The notes beneath the pieces were generated by a model, which worked only from the letters and a program-made list of their open reading frames with translations, was not told the origin of the DNA and did not search any database. Source: an uncultured Phycisphaerales bacterium (GTDB taxonomy: Bacteria > Planctomycetota > Phycisphaerae > Tepidisphaerales > Tepidisphaeraceae). From it: DNA of 64,000 bases. Every line of letters begins with the position of its first letter. Position 1 is the first letter of the stretch. The position numbers and the translations under genes were made by a program. The DNA is taken from assembly GCA_963758525.1 (NCBI GenBank), contig CAVWVQ010000003.1:3328001-3392000 (forward strand), read 5' to 3'. Shown one piece after another: positions 9,462 through 20,836 of this stretch.

Positions 9462-10115
9462 TCAGTCCTTCTTTGGCTTGAGCAAATCCGCAAACTTCTC
9501 TTTGAGCAGCGCGAGCTTGGGAACGTCGCATACCTGCACATACGGCTGGTCGGGATTCTTTTCCGCGTAGTCCTGGTGATAATCCTCGGCGGCATAGAAG
9601 CCTTTCAACGGCTCCAGCGACGTTACGATCGGATCCCCGAAGGCGTGATCGTCTGTCAGTTGCTTGATATAGGCGGCGGCAACGCGCTTCTGGTCGTCGT
9701 TGGCGTAGAAAATGGCGGAGCGATAGCTGGTGCCGACGTCATTGCCCTGGCGGTTCAGGGTGGTCGGATCGAAGAGCGTGAAATAAACCCGCAGAAGCTG
9801 GCCAAAGCTGATCTTGGCGGGGTCGTAGGTGATCTGAACGGACTCCGCGTGCCCGGTGCGCTCGGTTGTGACCTGGTCGTAGGTGGCGGTTGACTTGTCG
9901 CCGCCTGCATAGCCGGCGACGACGCTCTCGACTCCATTGAGCTTCTCGAAGACGGCCTGGGTTCCCCAAAAGCATCCCCCGGCAAGCACCAGCGTCTGAT
10001 TTCCCTTCTGGCCCGATACATCTTCGGCAGGGGAAGGGAGGTCGTGCCGCGGACCGGCGCCGCAGGAGAGGCAAAGTCCGATGAGGAAAAGAGCAGCAGC
10101 CGCACAACGATTCAT
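9462..10115 (-). CDS. msrA: Peptide-methionine (S)-S-oxide reductase, exported/lipoprotein
   Basis: LAGGCFWG, GHAESVQ, DPTTLNRQGNDVGTSYRSAIF, FYAAEDYHQDY; N-terminal signal with LCLSC. Confidence 0.95.
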   Translation of the reverse strand: MNRCAAAALFLIGLCLSCGAGPRHDLPSPAEDVSGQKGNQTLVLAGGCFWGTQAVFEKLNGVESVVAGYAGGDKSTATYDQVTTERTGHAESVQITYDPAKISFGQLLRVYFTLFDPTTLNRQGNDVGTSYRSAIFYANDDQKRVAAAYIKQLTDDHAFGDPIVTSLEPLKGFYAAEDYHQDYAEKNPDQPYVQVCDVPKLALLKEKFADLLKPKKD

Positions 10116-10184
10116 GCAAACCTCCAGCAGTTGCAAATCATTGGCGGGCCTGGTTTATTCCGGTTTATCCTGCCTTGTCCAGCT

Positions 10185-11432
10185 TCATTTTGCGGCCACG
10201 TCCAGACAGACCCCTTGTTTGTTGCTCCGCGCATAGATCCGGCCGTCTGCGACCGCCGGGGCCGTCCAGCATTTGCTGCCCAGCGGATGTGCCATGCTGA
10301 GGGGGTGATACCCATCGGGCGTTGCCTCGACCAGCAGCAGTTGGCCGGCGGCGGCCTGCACCAGCAGGACGCCATCGACCAACTCGACTTCGCCCTGGCC
10401 GAATCCCTCTTTGGACCATCGTTCTTTGCCGGTCTGGAGTTCAATGCATTTCAGCGGCGCATTGGTGGTCTGCTGAAATCCGTACAGACCGTAGAGGTAT
10501 CCATCTTTGACAACAGGCGTGGACCAGTGGTTCATCACATCTTTGGTCTTCTGGCGCCACAACTGGGTGACGGCGAATTTGTCGCCCTCTTTCGTGACGC
10601 GGAATGCCCCGGCGCCCGAGCCGTAGCCGGCCGAGCAATAGACGACGTTTCCGCTCACGACCGGCGACGCCGCCGTTGAAGTGCTGTAGGGAAATGCCTG
10701 TCTCCAGAAAACCCTGCCGGTCGCAGGGTCGATCGAGACGAGGCCGGACTGCATGAAGAAGATCAGTTGCTTCACGCCGTCAATCGTTGCCGGCGTTGCT
10801 GTCGCGTGAGTCGGCTTGTCGTCGAGCTCTTTCCAGACGACTTTTCCGTCTTCTTTGTTGAACCCGATGATTGCCTGGCCGGGCCCTCCGCCATCGACGA
10901 TGACCAGATCTCCGTCAACGATCGGCGAACTCGCATTGCCCCAGTGGAGGACGCTTCCGCCAAACTCCGAAACCAGATCGTGCGACCAGAGAATTTTTCC
11001 GTCGGTTCCGTCAAGACATGCCAGCTTCATGTACGTGCTCAGCACATAGACTTTGTCGCCGTCGATAAACGGCGTGGACCGCGGACCGTCGCCTCCCTGG
11101 CGATCTTTGATCGTCTTGTCGATGCGTGTGGACCAGAGTTGCTTGCCGGTTTTCGGATCGAGCGATGTGCAGGACTCGCCGTCGTCGACTTTTTCGAAGC
11201 AGCAAACCTTGCCCGAGCCGACAGCGAATGATCCGAACGCCTCGCCCAGCGGCACGTTCCAGACCACCTTCGGTCCCGCCGATGGCCACTGCGTTATGAT
11301 CTTTTCGGTGGTGGTCCCGTTCCCGTCCGGCCCGCGGTAGCCGGGCCACTCCAATGCGCTGGCAACGCCAGCGCCCATAGCTGTCAGAGCGAAAGAATAG
11401 GCCGCCAGTCGAAGGATGGTGCGTGGGATCAT
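10185..11432 (-). CDS. PQQ-binding-like/BamB-like beta-propeller protein
   Basis: Signal peptide, WPGYRG start motif, repeated D..TG...W docking motifs, STP/SSP repeats. Confidence 0.88.
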   Translation of the reverse strand: MIPRTILRLAAYSFALTAMGAGVASALEWPGYRGPDGNGTTTEKIITQWPSAGPKVVWNVPLGEAFGSFAVGSGKVCCFEKVDDGESCTSLDPKTGKQLWSTRIDKTIKDRQGGDGPRSTPFIDGDKVYVLSTYMKLACLDGTDGKILWSHDLVSEFGGSVLHWGNASSPIVDGDLVIVDGGGPGQAIIGFNKEDGKVVWKELDDKPTHATATPATIDGVKQLIFFMQSGLVSIDPATGRVFWRQAFPYSTSTAASPVVSGNVVYCSAGYGSGAGAFRVTKEGDKFAVTQLWRQKTKDVMNHWSTPVVKDGYLYGLYGFQQTTNAPLKCIELQTGKERWSKEGFGQGEVELVDGVLLVQAAAGQLLLVEATPDGYHPLSMAHPLGSKCWTAPAVADGRIYARSNKQGVCLDVAAK

Positions 11433-11614
11433 GTAGGTATTCTACTCTGCGGGACATGTGAAGTTGAAGGCTGGCAGGCAGTCGTTCGCCAGAGACCTGA
11501 AGCGCGAGGCGGAACAACTTGGAGCCGCACCGCCAGAATGTTAGATTTTCCAACTGCGATTGCGTGCGTATCAGCAATCGAGATTTGACGACCTCTGCAA
11601 TCGGGGTGAATCCG

Positions 11615-11977
11615 ATGGCCTACGACCCGCTCGATCCCGATGCCGATTACTTCCGGCCGCCTGCCGTTTCGATTGAGGTCGGCTGCCTGCACTGCGAAGA
11701 AACCTACGACAGCTATCGAATCGAGTGGCGAATCGAAACCGATGCGGACGGCAAGCAGCATGGGTTCTGGTGCTGCCCCATCGAGAACTGCGACGGCCGG
11801 GGTTTCGGATTCGACATCTTCCCGACCGACCCGAATTACCAGGATGAGCGCGGCGGGTGGTCCTGGACGGACGATGACGACGAGGAAGAATACGACGATC
11901 TCCCCGGCGACGAACCCACGTCCAGCGGCAACGGGCACCGTGAGGATCCCCATGATGACGAAGACCTGCCGTGGTAA
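11615..11977 (+). CDS. Small Cys-rich hypothetical protein with acidic tail
   Basis: CLHC and WCCP..CDG.GFGFDIFP motifs; Asp/Glu-rich C-terminus. Confidence 0.65.
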   Translation: MAYDPLDPDADYFRPPAVSIEVGCLHCEETYDSYRIEWRIETDADGKQHGFWCCPIENCDGRGFGFDIFPTDPNYQDERGGWSWTDDDDEEEYDDLPGDEPTSSGNGHREDPHDDEDLPW

Positions 11978-12020
11978 CGGGAGGAACGCTACCGTGAGCC
12001 GCTCTACTTCGGCTATCAGT

Positions 12021-12572
12021 TTATCCCTGTGGCGTGTCGATCAACAATTGCAGCCTTGAGGCAAGCTCCGGCGCCAAACGTGCCGACCAGGTGGCGTCGA
12101 TCAGGCCAACCTCCAGCATATCCCGCAGATGCGTTTTATCCTTGTCGCAATACGAGGTGAGCTTCATCCGTACGAGCATCTCCAACGCGATGACTCTGAA
12201 ATCATCCGGCTTCACCGCGTCGGACACGTCGGGAGCTGGGGTCAGGTGTTCAGGGCGGCCTCTCTCGCCGGCGATCAAGATGTGGACCTCATCGCGCGGG
12301 CCGGCGGCGGCGCCGTCCATGAACATGTCGATTCCTCCAACTTGGTGGCGGACGAACCCCGCCGCGGATAGCGCCCGCTCGGCGGCGTTGAGGTCGGCGC
12401 GGCGCAATAAGATGTCCACGTCCTGCGTGTTGCGCACGGCTGCAGGGTCGATTGTCGCCACCCAAGCCGCTACGGCGTTGCCGCCGACCACCGCGTACGG
12501 AACGCTGGCCGCCTCCAGCGCCGCCGTCGCGCGTCGCAGGCGCTCTCGCACCCGTTCCACGGCCGGCACCAT
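12021..12572 (-). CDS. Nucleotidyltransferase-fold protein (DUF2204/AbiEii-like)
   Basis: YAVVGGNAV...RNTQDVDILL and MKLTSY.DKD..HL motifs; start uncertain. Confidence 0.8.
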   Translation of the reverse strand: MVPAVERVRERLRRATAALEAASVPYAVVGGNAVAAWVATIDPAAVRNTQDVDILLRRADLNAAERALSAAGFVRHQVGGIDMFMDGAAAGPRDEVHILIAGERGRPEHLTPAPDVSDAVKPDDFRVIALEMLVRMKLTSYCDKDKTHLRDMLEVGLIDATWSARLAPELASRLQLLIDTPQG

Positions 12573-12961
12573 CCTGTCCAGAAGAGACTGGTCTATCCAC
12601 GCCTGAGCTATGGGTACATGATACAGTGCTGATCAAACCGGCAATAATTTTGCTTGTGCCAAGAATAGGCACAGCAGAATCGGTTGCCTAACTCTTGGTC
12701 TGATTTTCCGTAGTATTCCGCGTAACCTCGATCCGCAGACAGCCGTTGGCTCGATTATCGGCTTCGGCGCGGGAATTGCCATACCATTTCAACGGCGGAT
12801 TTCGGCTCGAAGTTGCACAATAGTTAGGCAGCTTTTGGCGAGTTCGTCCCTGTGACACGCTTAGTTTTTTGTTGTGACAGTCTGGCGTTTTGGTAAACTG
12901 CGGAACTCTCATCGCCGGGGCCAGGCTGGCGGTGTTTCACTTAACACGTGTGAGTTGATTG

Positions 12962-15900
12962 ATGAACGGACTGCCTCCCAAACAGGGCTTGTACGATCCG
13001 CGCTTTGAGCACGACGCCTGCGGCGTCGGGTTTGTCTGCCATTTGAAGGGCAAGCCCTCGCATCAGGTGGTGATGGACGCCCTGAAGATGCTCGAAAACA
13101 TGGAGCATCGCGGCGGCTGCGGGTGCGAGCCGGACAGCGGCGACGGGGCGGGCATTCTCGTGAGGATCCCTGACTCGTTTCTCCGCAGGAAGTGCGAGGC
13201 CCTGGGCTTCAAACTCCCCAAGGCCGGGAGCTACGGCGTGGGGATGCTTTTCCTCTCGCAGGACATGGTGGCTCGCCGTGAGTGCGAGCAGATCTTCGAG
13301 AAGATCTGCCGGGATTTCGGCATGGTCGTGCTCGGCTGGCGCGATGTTCCGGTGGACGGGCGTCAGGTGGGCCCGACTCCCAAGAAAACCGAACCGAAAG
13401 TTCGCCAGGTCTTCGTCGGGATGGGCGAGGCGTTTTACAACCGCACCGACTTCGAACGCCGCTTGTATCTCGTCCGCCAGATCGCGGAAAACACCATCGA
13501 GTTTGCCAGCCCGCAGGTGCCGGCGGAGGCGCGCGAAGACTTCTACGTCTGCTGCCTCTCCACCAACCGCCTGGTCTACAAGGGCATGCTGAACACGGCG
13601 CAGCTCAAGAAATATTATCTGGATCTGCAGGATCCGCAGTTCCAGAGCGGGTTGGCCATGGTTCACTCGCGATTCTCCACCAACACATTCCCTTCGTGGA
13701 GGCTGGCGCACCCGTATCGGATGATCGCGCACAATGGCGAGATCAACACGCTCCGCGGCAACCGCAACTGGATGCGCGCGCGGGCCGGATCGCTTCAATC
13801 AGACGCGTTCGGCGATGAACTGACCAAAATGTTCCCGCTGCTCACCGAGTCCGGCAGCGACTCGGCGACGCTCGACAATGCCCTCCAATTCCTCTATTCC
13901 GGCGGACGCTCGCTCTCCCATGCCGTGCTGATGCTGATCCCTGAAGCCTGGCAGAAGCATGAGCTGATGGAGCCGGATCTCAAGGCGTTTTACGAATATC
14001 ACGCATGCCTGATGGAGCCGTGGGACGGACCGGCGTCGATCGCGTTCACCAACGGCGAAGTGATCGGGGCGGTGCTCGACCGCAACGGTCTGCGCCCCAG
14101 CCGTTATTACGTCACCAAAGACGACATGGTCATCATGGCCAGCGAAGTCGGCGTGCTGCCCATCGAGCCGGAGCGCATCGCCAAGAAATGGCGATTGCAG
14201 CCGGGCAAGATCTTCCTGGTTGACATGAAGCAGGGGCGGATTGTCGACGATCGCGAGATTAAGAGCGAGCTGGTCGACAAGCGGCCCTGGCGTCGCTGGA
14301 TCGAAGAAAACATGATCGAGCTGGACAAGCTGCCGGCTCCCAAGAGCGTCCATCAGCCCGACCATGACACGCTGCTCGTTCGCCAGCATGCGTTTGGGTA
14401 CACGACCGAAGAAGTGAAAATGATCATCAGCCCGATGGCGGTCGGCGGCCTCGAAGGGCTCGGATCGATGGGCACGGATACGCCCCTGGCGTGCCTCTCC
14501 GAAAAACCGCAGCTTCTCTATGCCTATTTCAAGCAGCTTTTCGCTCAGGTGACGAATCCTCCGCTGGATGCCAACTTCGAGGAATTGGTCACTTCGCTTT
14601 ACACGTATCTCGGTCGCGAAGGGAATCTGCTAGACGAATCTCCCAAGGCGTGCAGCCTCGTCAAGCTCAAGCAGCCCATCCTGGCCAACGCGGATCTGGA
14701 ACGGCTGCGAGAACTTTCGACAGACACTCTTCATTCTGTCACGCTTCACATGCTGTTCAACGTCGGCGACGGCGAAGGTGGCTTGGAGAAGGCGCTCGAT
14801 GTGCTGTGCGACAGCGCATCCCGCGCAATCAAGGACGGCGCGTCCATCCTCATCCTTTCCGATCGCGGCGTGGATGCCGATCATGCGCCGATCCCCAGCC
14901 TGCTCGCGACCGCCGCGGTGCATCATCACCTCATCCGTCAGGGGACGCGCACGCAGTGCGGCCTCGTGATCGAGACCGGCGAGGCCCGCGAAGTTCATCA
15001 CTTCTGCCTGCTGATCGGCTACGGAGCCGGCGCGGTGAACCCGTATCTCGCGTTTGAAACACTGGCCGATATGGCGCGTCTGGGAATGCTTCCCAAGGAT
15101 GCGACGCTCGATCAGGCGAAGAAAAACTACATCAAGGCGGCCAACAAGGGGATCATCAAGGTCGCCTCGAAGATGGGCATCTCCACGGTGCAAAGCTATC
15201 GCGGTGCGCAGATCTTCGAAGCGGTCGGCATCGGACGCTCCGTCATCGAAAAGTATTTCACCGGCACCGCGTCGCGCATCGCCGGCATCGGGCTCGATGT
15301 CATCGCACGCGAAAGCCTTGAGCGTCATCGCCATGGTTTCCCCCCGATTCGCGTCAACGGCGAAGTCCTCGAAAATGGCGGGCAATATCAGTGGCGCCGC
15401 GACGGCGAATATCACATGTGGAACCCGGACACCGTCGCCAAGCTCCAGCAGGCGGTCCGCATCACCGGCTTCCCGACGTTCCGCGAATACTCCAAACTCG
15501 TCGACGACGAATCGCGCCACCGCTGCACCATCCGCGGCCTGCTCAATTACAAAAAGGCGGCTGTTCCGATTCCGCTTGAGGAAGTCGAGCCGGCCAAGGA
15601 GATCGTCAAGCGCTTCGTGACCGGAGCGATGTCGTTCGGGTCGATCAGCAAGGAAGCGCACGAGAACCTGGCCATTGCCATGAACCGCATCGGCGGCAAG
15701 AGCAACACCGGGGAAGGCGGTGAAGATGCCGACCGCTTCAAGCCCGACGACAACGGCGACTGGCGTCGCAGCGCGATCAAACAGGTGGCCTCCGCGCGTT
15801 TTGGCGTGACCAGCGAATATCTGGTCAACGCTGACGAACTGCAGATCAAGATGGCCCAGGGCGCCAAGCCCGGCGAGGGCGGTCAGCTTCCGGGTTGGAA

Positions 15901-17530
15901 GGTCGATGAATACATCGGAAAGATCCGGCACTCGACGCCCGGCGTCGGGTTGATCTCCCCGCCGCCGCATCACGACATTTATTCCATCGAAGACCTCGCG
16001 CAGCTCATTCACGATTTGAAGAACTCAAATCCCAAGGCGCGCGTGTCGGTGAAACTGGTGAGCGAGGTGGGCGTTGGCACCGTCGCGGCAGGCGTCGCCA
16101 AGGCCAAGGCCGATCATATTCTCATCAGCGGCGACAGCGGCGGGACCGGCGCTTCGCCGCTCACCAGCATCAAATACGCCGGCATGCCCTGGGAACTGGG
16201 CGTCGCCGAGACACAGCAAACGCTGGTGCTCAACGACCTTCGCGGCCGAATCGTTCTCCAGACCGACGGCCAGATCAAGACCGGCCGTGATGTGCTCATC
16301 GGCGCGCTGCTGGGCGCGGAGGAATTCGGCTTTTCCACGGGGCCGCTGATCGCCTCCGGCTGCATCATGATGCGTGTCTGCCATCTCAACACCTGCCCGG
16401 TCGGCGTGGCAACGCAGGATCCTGAGCTGCGCAAGAAATTCACCGGCAAGCCGGAGCACGTGATCAATTTCATGTTCTTCATCGCCGAAGAAGTGCGGCT
16501 CTACATGGCCGAGATGGGCATTCGCAATTTCGACGAACTGGTCGGACGAAGCGATCTTCTCGAGTTCGCCGATCTGTCCTCTCACTGGAAGGCACAACAC
16601 CTCGATCTCTCCGTCATTTTGCATCGGCCCGAGGTTGGCCCCAACGTCGCGATCCGCAATGTGCAGAAGCAGGATCACGGGCTGGAACTATCGCTCGACC
16701 ACACGAAGCTGATTCCACTCGCCCGCAAGGCGCTGGAGCACGGCGAAAAGGTTTCGGCGGAACTGCAGATCCAGAACACGAATCGGACCGTCGGCACGAC
16801 GCTCTCGGGCGAGGTGGCCAAGAAATATGGTTTTGCCGGCCTGCCCGCCGACACGATCACATTCAAGTTCACCGGGTCGGCCGGCCAGAGCTTTGGCGCT
16901 TTTGCCGCTCGCGGCGTCACGCTTCTGCTCGAAGGAGACGCCAACGACTATGTCGGCAAAGGTCTTTCCGGCGGACGCATCGCCGTCTTCCCGCCAAAGG
17001 CGGCCACGTTCAAAGCCAATGAAAACATCATCGCCGGCAATGTGATCGCCTACGGCGCCATCGCCGGCGAACTGTATATCCGCGGCGTCGTCGGCGAACG
17101 CTTCTGCGTCCGCAACAGCGGCGCCGAGGCGGTGGTTGAAGGCGTCGGCGATCATGCCTGCGAATACATGACCGGCGGGCGCGTGGTCGTGATCGGCCCC
17201 ACCGGCCGCAACTTCGCCGCCGGCATGAGCGGCGGCATCGCCTACGTCTACGACGACAGCGGACAGTTGCCCCGGCTGGCCAATCTCGATCAGGTGTCGC
17301 TCGAAACGCCCGACAAGCCGGAGGACATGGCAACGATCCGCCGACTTTTGGAGAATCACCTTCACCTCACCGCAAGCCCCGTCGCCAAGGCCATTCTCGA
17401 TGACTGGGAGAACGAGCTGCGCTGGTTTGTGAAGGTGATGCCCAACGATTATCGCCGGGTGCTGGAGCACCAGGCAGAAATGGAGCAGCGGGCGAATCTG
17501 CTTTCGAAGCGTCAATCGGCAGCGGTTTGA
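12962..17530 (+). CDS. gltB: Glutamate synthase large subunit
   Basis: [63 protein letters not shown]. Confidence 0.99.
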   Translation: MNGLPPKQGLYDPRFEHDACGVGFVCHLKGKPSHQVVMDALKMLENMEHRGGCGCEPDSGDGAGILVRIPDSFLRRKCEALGFKLPKAGSYGVGMLFLSQDMVARRECEQIFEKICRDFGMVVLGWRDVPVDGRQVGPTPKKTEPKVRQVFVGMGEAFYNRTDFERRLYLVRQIAENTIEFASPQVPAEAREDFYVCCLSTNRLVYKGMLNTAQLKKYYLDLQDPQFQSGLAMVHSRFSTNTFPSWRLAHPYRMIAHNGEINTLRGNRNWMRARAGSLQSDAFGDELTKMFPLLTESGSDSATLDNALQFLYSGGRSLSHAVLMLIPEAWQKHELMEPDLKAFYEYHACLMEPWDGPASIAFTNGEVIGAVLDRNGLRPSRYYVTKDDMVIMASEVGVLPIEPERIAKKWRLQPGKIFLVDMKQGRIVDDREIKSELVDKRPWRRWIEENMIELDKLPAPKSVHQPDHDTLLVRQHAFGYTTEEVKMIISPMAVGGLEGLGSMGTDTPLACLSEKPQLLYAYFKQLFAQVTNPPLDANFEELVTSLYTYLGREGNLLDESPKACSLVKLKQPILANADLERLRELSTDTLHSVTLHMLFNVGDGEGGLEKALDVLCDSASRAIKDGASILILSDRGVDADHAPIPSLLATAAVHHHLIRQGTRTQCGLVIETGEAREVHHFCLLIGYGAGAVNPYLAFETLADMARLGMLPKDATLDQAKKNYIKAANKGIIKVASKMGISTVQSYRGAQIFEAVGIGRSVIEKYFTGTASRIAGIGLDVIARESLERHRHGFPPIRVNGEVLENGGQYQWRRDGEYHMWNPDTVAKLQQAVRITGFPTFREYSKLVDDESRHRCTIRGLLNYKKAAVPIPLEEVEPAKEIVKRFVTGAMSFGSISKEAHENLAIAMNRIGGKSNTGEGGEDADRFKPDDNGDWRRSAIKQVASARFGVTSEYLVNADELQIKMAQGAKPGEGGQLPGWKVDEYIGKIRHSTPGVGLISPPPHHDIYSIEDLAQLIHDLKNSNPKARVSVKLVSEVGVGTVAAGVAKAKADHILISGDSGGTGASPLTSIKYAGMPWELGVAETQQTLVLNDLRGRIVLQTDGQIKTGRDVLIGALLGAEEFGFSTGPLIASGCIMMRVCHLNTCPVGVATQDPELRKKFTGKPEHVINFMFFIAEEVRLYMAEMGIRNFDELVGRSDLLEFADLSSHWKAQHLDLSVILHRPEVGPNVAIRNVQKQDHGLELSLDHTKLIPLARKALEHGEKVSAELQIQNTNRTVGTTLSGEVAKKYGFAGLPADTITFKFTGSAGQSFGAFAARGVTLLLEGDANDYVGKGLSGGRIAVFPPKAATFKANENIIAGNVIAYGAIAGELYIRGVVGERFCVRNSGAEAVVEGVGDHACEYMTGGRVVVIGPTGRNFAAGMSGGIAYVYDDSGQLPRLANLDQVSLETPDKPEDMATIRRLLENHLHLTASPVAKAILDDWENELRWFVKVMPNDYRRVLEHQAEMEQRANLLSKRQSAAV

Positions 17531-17536
17531 ACTGCG

Positions 17537-18004
17537 ATGGCGACTGCGGAGCAGCAAGCACGGGCGAAAGTCTATCGGGACGCCGCAATCGAGCACATTA
17601 CTGTCGCTCGTGAGCTTTATGAAACCGGCAGATATGTCCTTGCGAATTATGTCGCTGGACTCGCGGTTGAATGTATGCTGCGGGCCTACCGGTATAGGAT
17701 TGATCCGAACTTCGACGCGAGGCATGATGTTGAACGACTCTTTAAATTGGCCAAGTTCAATGACCTTGTGCCGGCGGCGGATATTGGGGCTCTTAGCGCG
17801 GCCCTCGGTGATGTTCTCGCGTATTGGTCGAACGATCATCGATTTCTCAGCCTTGCTGCTTTACAAAAGCGGTGGGCGGACAGGGGCTTGTATCGGGGAA
17901 TAAAGGGAAGTGTTGTAAAGGAGTTGGTCCGGCGGACTCTGAACGCTGCCGAACGCATTGTTGCAACTGGAGCAGCCCGATGGAAAAGTTCTTTCAAAAA
18001 CTGA
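17537..18004 (+). CDS. HEPN-domain protein
   Basis: Helical A.Y.AGLAVECMLRA...HDVERL...W...RF pattern; lower GC than flanks. Confidence 0.7.
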   Translation: MATAEQQARAKVYRDAAIEHITVARELYETGRYVLANYVAGLAVECMLRAYRYRIDPNFDARHDVERLFKLAKFNDLVPAADIGALSAALGDVLAYWSNDHRFLSLAALQKRWADRGLYRGIKGSVVKELVRRTLNAAERIVATGAARWKSSFKN

Positions 18005-18237
18005 CGGTCTTGCTTCACCGTAACTTTAAGGATTCGGAGATTGAATTAGAGCCGTTGGACGGCGGCCGTCTTTCCGGTTTTCTGATTTGGGACGGCTTCG
18101 ATGGAGTAGAGCAGATTAAGCGGCAGCGCTCGTTGTGGCGTGTGCTGCGATCGTCGCTCACCACCAAGGAACTTTTGCGGATCGCCGCTATTTTCACGTT
18201 GACTTCGAGTGAGATGGCTAACGCACGCGCAGGCTAG
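17980..18237 (+). CDS. Small BolA-like hypothetical protein, overlapping the HEPN gene
   Basis: MEKFFQ...GRLSGFLIWDGFDGVEQIKRQRSLWRVL resembles BolA F.G....R.R.V...L; 85 aa. Confidence 0.6.
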   Translation: MEKFFQKLTVLLHRNFKDSEIELEPLDGGRLSGFLIWDGFDGVEQIKRQRSLWRVLRSSLTTKELLRIAAIFTLTSSEMANARAG

Positions 18238-18254
18238 AAGGGCTGATTACCTCA

Positions 18255-19745
18255 ATGGGAAAACCGACCGGCTTTAAAGAGATCACTCGCGAAACGCCCA
18301 AGCGCCGCGCCGTGGAACTGCGCATCCTCGACTGGGAAGAGGTTTACCACCCCTTCCCCGAAGACAAGCTCCGGGCCCAGGGCGCGCGCTGCATGGATTG
18401 CGGAATCCCGTTCTGTCACAACGGCTGCCCGCTCGGCAATATCATCCCCGAGTGGAACGACCTCGTGTACAAGAATCGCTGGCACGACGCGCTGGAGATG
18501 CTGTTCAAGACCAACAACTTTCCCGAATTTACCGGCCGGGTTTGCCCCGCGCCGTGCGAGGAAGCGTGCGTGCTGGGGATCAACGATAAGCCGGTGACGA
18601 TCAAGCTCGTCGAGCAGAACATCATCGATCACGCATTTGAGCAGGGGTGGGTCGGGCCGCATCTGCCGGAGCGGCGCACGGGCAAGAAAGTCGCCGTGAT
18701 CGGCTCCGGGCCCGCCGGCCTTGGAGCCGCGGCGCAGCTCAACAAAGCGGGGCATCTCGTCACCGTCTTCGAGCGCGAAGACCGCGCAGGCGGGCTGCTG
18801 ATGTATGGCATCCCCAACTTCAAGCTCGAAAAGCGGGTCGTCGATCGCCGCATTCGACTCATGGAAGCAGAGGGGATCACGTTCAAGCTCAAAGCCAACG
18901 TGGGAGAGAACATTACCGTCGAGGAACTGCGACGCGAGTTTGATGCGATCATTCTCTGCGGCGGCGCGACGCACGCCCGCGATCTCAAAGTGCCCGGCCG
19001 CGACCTCAGGGGAATCTATCGCGCGATGGATTACCTCCCGATGCAGAACAAGCGCAACCTCGGCGACGAAATCGCAGACGAGCAGTTCATCTCCGCCCGT
19101 GATAAACATGTGATTATCCTCGGAGGCGGCGACACCGGCGCCGACTGTCTCGGCACGGCTCAGCGCCAGGGCGCCAGAAGCATCAAGCAGTTTGAGCTGC
19201 TCCCGCGCCCGCCTGAAGAGCGCACGCACGAGCACATCAAGGACGGCCGGCTGCTGCCGTGGCCCTATTGGCCGATGGTATTCCGGTCCAGTTCCGCCCA
19301 TGAGGAAGCAACTCAGCTCTTCGGCGGCGAAATCCGCGACTTCTCGATCAACACCAAATCCTTCTCCGGCAAGGACGGCGTCGTGACCGCTCTCCAGGGG
19401 ATTCGGCTCGAGTGGGGCAAAGATGCCGGCGGCCGCTATCAGATGAAGGAAGTCCCCGGCTCCGAATTTGAGCTGCCGTGCGACCTTTGTCTCCTGGCGA
19501 TGGGTTTCCTCCATCCCGAGCATGAAGGCCCGGTGCAGCAGCTTGGCCTGAAGCTCGACAACCGCGGCAACGTCCAGGTCGGTCAAAACTACATGACCAG
19601 CGTGCCGGGCGTCTTCGCCGCCGGCGACATGCGCCGCGGGCAAAGTCTGGTGGTCTGGGCCATCAGCGAGGGAAGACAGGCGGCCCGCGGCGTCGATGAG
19701 TTTCTTATGGGACGCTCCGAACTTCCCGAGTTGAAACTCTTCTGA
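18255..19745 (+). CDS. gltD: Glutamate synthase small subunit
   Basis: RCMDCGIPFC, GRVCPAPCE, GSGPAG, GGGDTGADC, GDMRRGQSLVVWAI. Confidence 0.99.
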   Translation: MGKPTGFKEITRETPKRRAVELRILDWEEVYHPFPEDKLRAQGARCMDCGIPFCHNGCPLGNIIPEWNDLVYKNRWHDALEMLFKTNNFPEFTGRVCPAPCEEACVLGINDKPVTIKLVEQNIIDHAFEQGWVGPHLPERRTGKKVAVIGSGPAGLGAAAQLNKAGHLVTVFEREDRAGGLLMYGIPNFKLEKRVVDRRIRLMEAEGITFKLKANVGENITVEELRREFDAIILCGGATHARDLKVPGRDLRGIYRAMDYLPMQNKRNLGDEIADEQFISARDKHVIILGGGDTGADCLGTAQRQGARSIKQFELLPRPPEERTHEHIKDGRLLPWPYWPMVFRSSSAHEEATQLFGGEIRDFSINTKSFSGKDGVVTALQGIRLEWGKDAGGRYQMKEVPGSEFELPCDLCLLAMGFLHPEHEGPVQQLGLKLDNRGNVQVGQNYMTSVPGVFAAGDMRRGQSLVVWAISEGRQAARGVDEFLMGRSELPELKLF

Positions 19746-19927
19746 TCAGCGCTCCTGATATTCGCAACATCACGCACGACTGAGCGCGCTGCCGGTCCTG
19801 GCCGATACAGCCACTAGCGGCGACATGATTGTTGCGCCGCCGAGAGCATCACGTCCTCGCGTCTTTTTGAGCTCAGGACAGACGCTTCCGCGGTGAACAA
19901 TGGCGCTTGCGGTTCCGGGCAGGGCTC

Positions 19928-20692
19928 ATGGGCAGTCCCGAGTTTCAACTCCTCAGCGACGCGATCGCGCGAAATTCCGCGGTCGTGCTCTCCTTGCCGT
20001 CCGCCGGCATGCTGCGTCACTATAAATCGCGCTTCGTCGGGGAAACTCCCGAAGGGATGTGGGTCGAAGCCGCCTCAGGAGAGAAGCCTCTCATTCAGGA
20101 ACTGCTGGTGACCGGCCAGCCGGTCGGAGTCGCCTTCCGCGCAGGGCCCAACAAAGTGCTCTTCGCCGCTCCCGTCATTCGTTTCGAGCCTGCTCTGCGC
20201 GTGAACGCGCAAACCGAGTGCGAAGCAGTTCTCCTGGCAACTCCGACGGAAGTGAAGTCAATCCAGCGGCGCAGCAACTACCGGGTCGGCATCAGCGCCG
20301 AATCGGAAATCACCGCCCGTATCTGGAAAATTCCCGAGCACGCCTATCTGAACGACCGGCCAACCGCGCTGGCGGAACTCAAGGTCGAACTGCGCGATAT
20401 CAGCCTCGGCGGCCTCGGCGTGATCATCCGCGCCAGAGACGGCGGCGATCCCAGAATCATCCCCGGCCAGCGCGTTCGAATCGAACTGAAATTTTCGGAA
20501 GTCACGCTTCTGCTGGACGGACGCGTTCGCCAGCCGACTGTGAAAGACGTCGCCGACGGCCTCCGAACCGGCGTCGCGTTCAAGGCGCTCGATAATCAAA
20601 TCGAGGGCCGCCAGAAACTCGCGCAGCTGGCCCGGATTGTGGGCGACCTGCAACGCGACGAAGTCAAACGCCTGCGCAGAACAGCCGGATGA
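19928..20692 (+). CDS. YcgR-like PilZ-domain c-di-GMP-binding protein
   Basis: QRRSNYR (RxxxR) and DISLGG (DxSxxG) motifs after an N-terminal beta domain. Confidence 0.85.
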   Translation: MGSPEFQLLSDAIARNSAVVLSLPSAGMLRHYKSRFVGETPEGMWVEAASGEKPLIQELLVTGQPVGVAFRAGPNKVLFAAPVIRFEPALRVNAQTECEAVLLATPTEVKSIQRRSNYRVGISAESEITARIWKIPEHAYLNDRPTALAELKVELRDISLGGLGVIIRARDGGDPRIIPGQRVRIELKFSEVTLLLDGRVRQPTVKDVADGLRTGVAFKALDNQIEGRQKLAQLARIVGDLQRDEVKRLRRTAG

Positions 20693-20759
20693 ACGACCGT
20701 CGAGGCCGTGATCTCCAGGCTCCTGTGCGAGCCAAAGAGGACCGGCGGCAGACGAACTT

Positions 20760-20826
20760 CGTTCGGTCATTCGGCATTCGGGCTTCGGATTTGATTCTGG
20801 TTTCTGGTTTCGGAATTCTGGTTTCC
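20760..20826. repeat. Single arm of the CGAATGA/CCAGAAT heptamer repeat family
   Basis: ttcggtcattcggcattcggg...tttgattctggtttctggtttcggaattctggtttc resembles arms at 45511-45569 and 47152-47211. Confidence 0.75.
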
Positions 20827-20836
20827 GCCATAGGCG

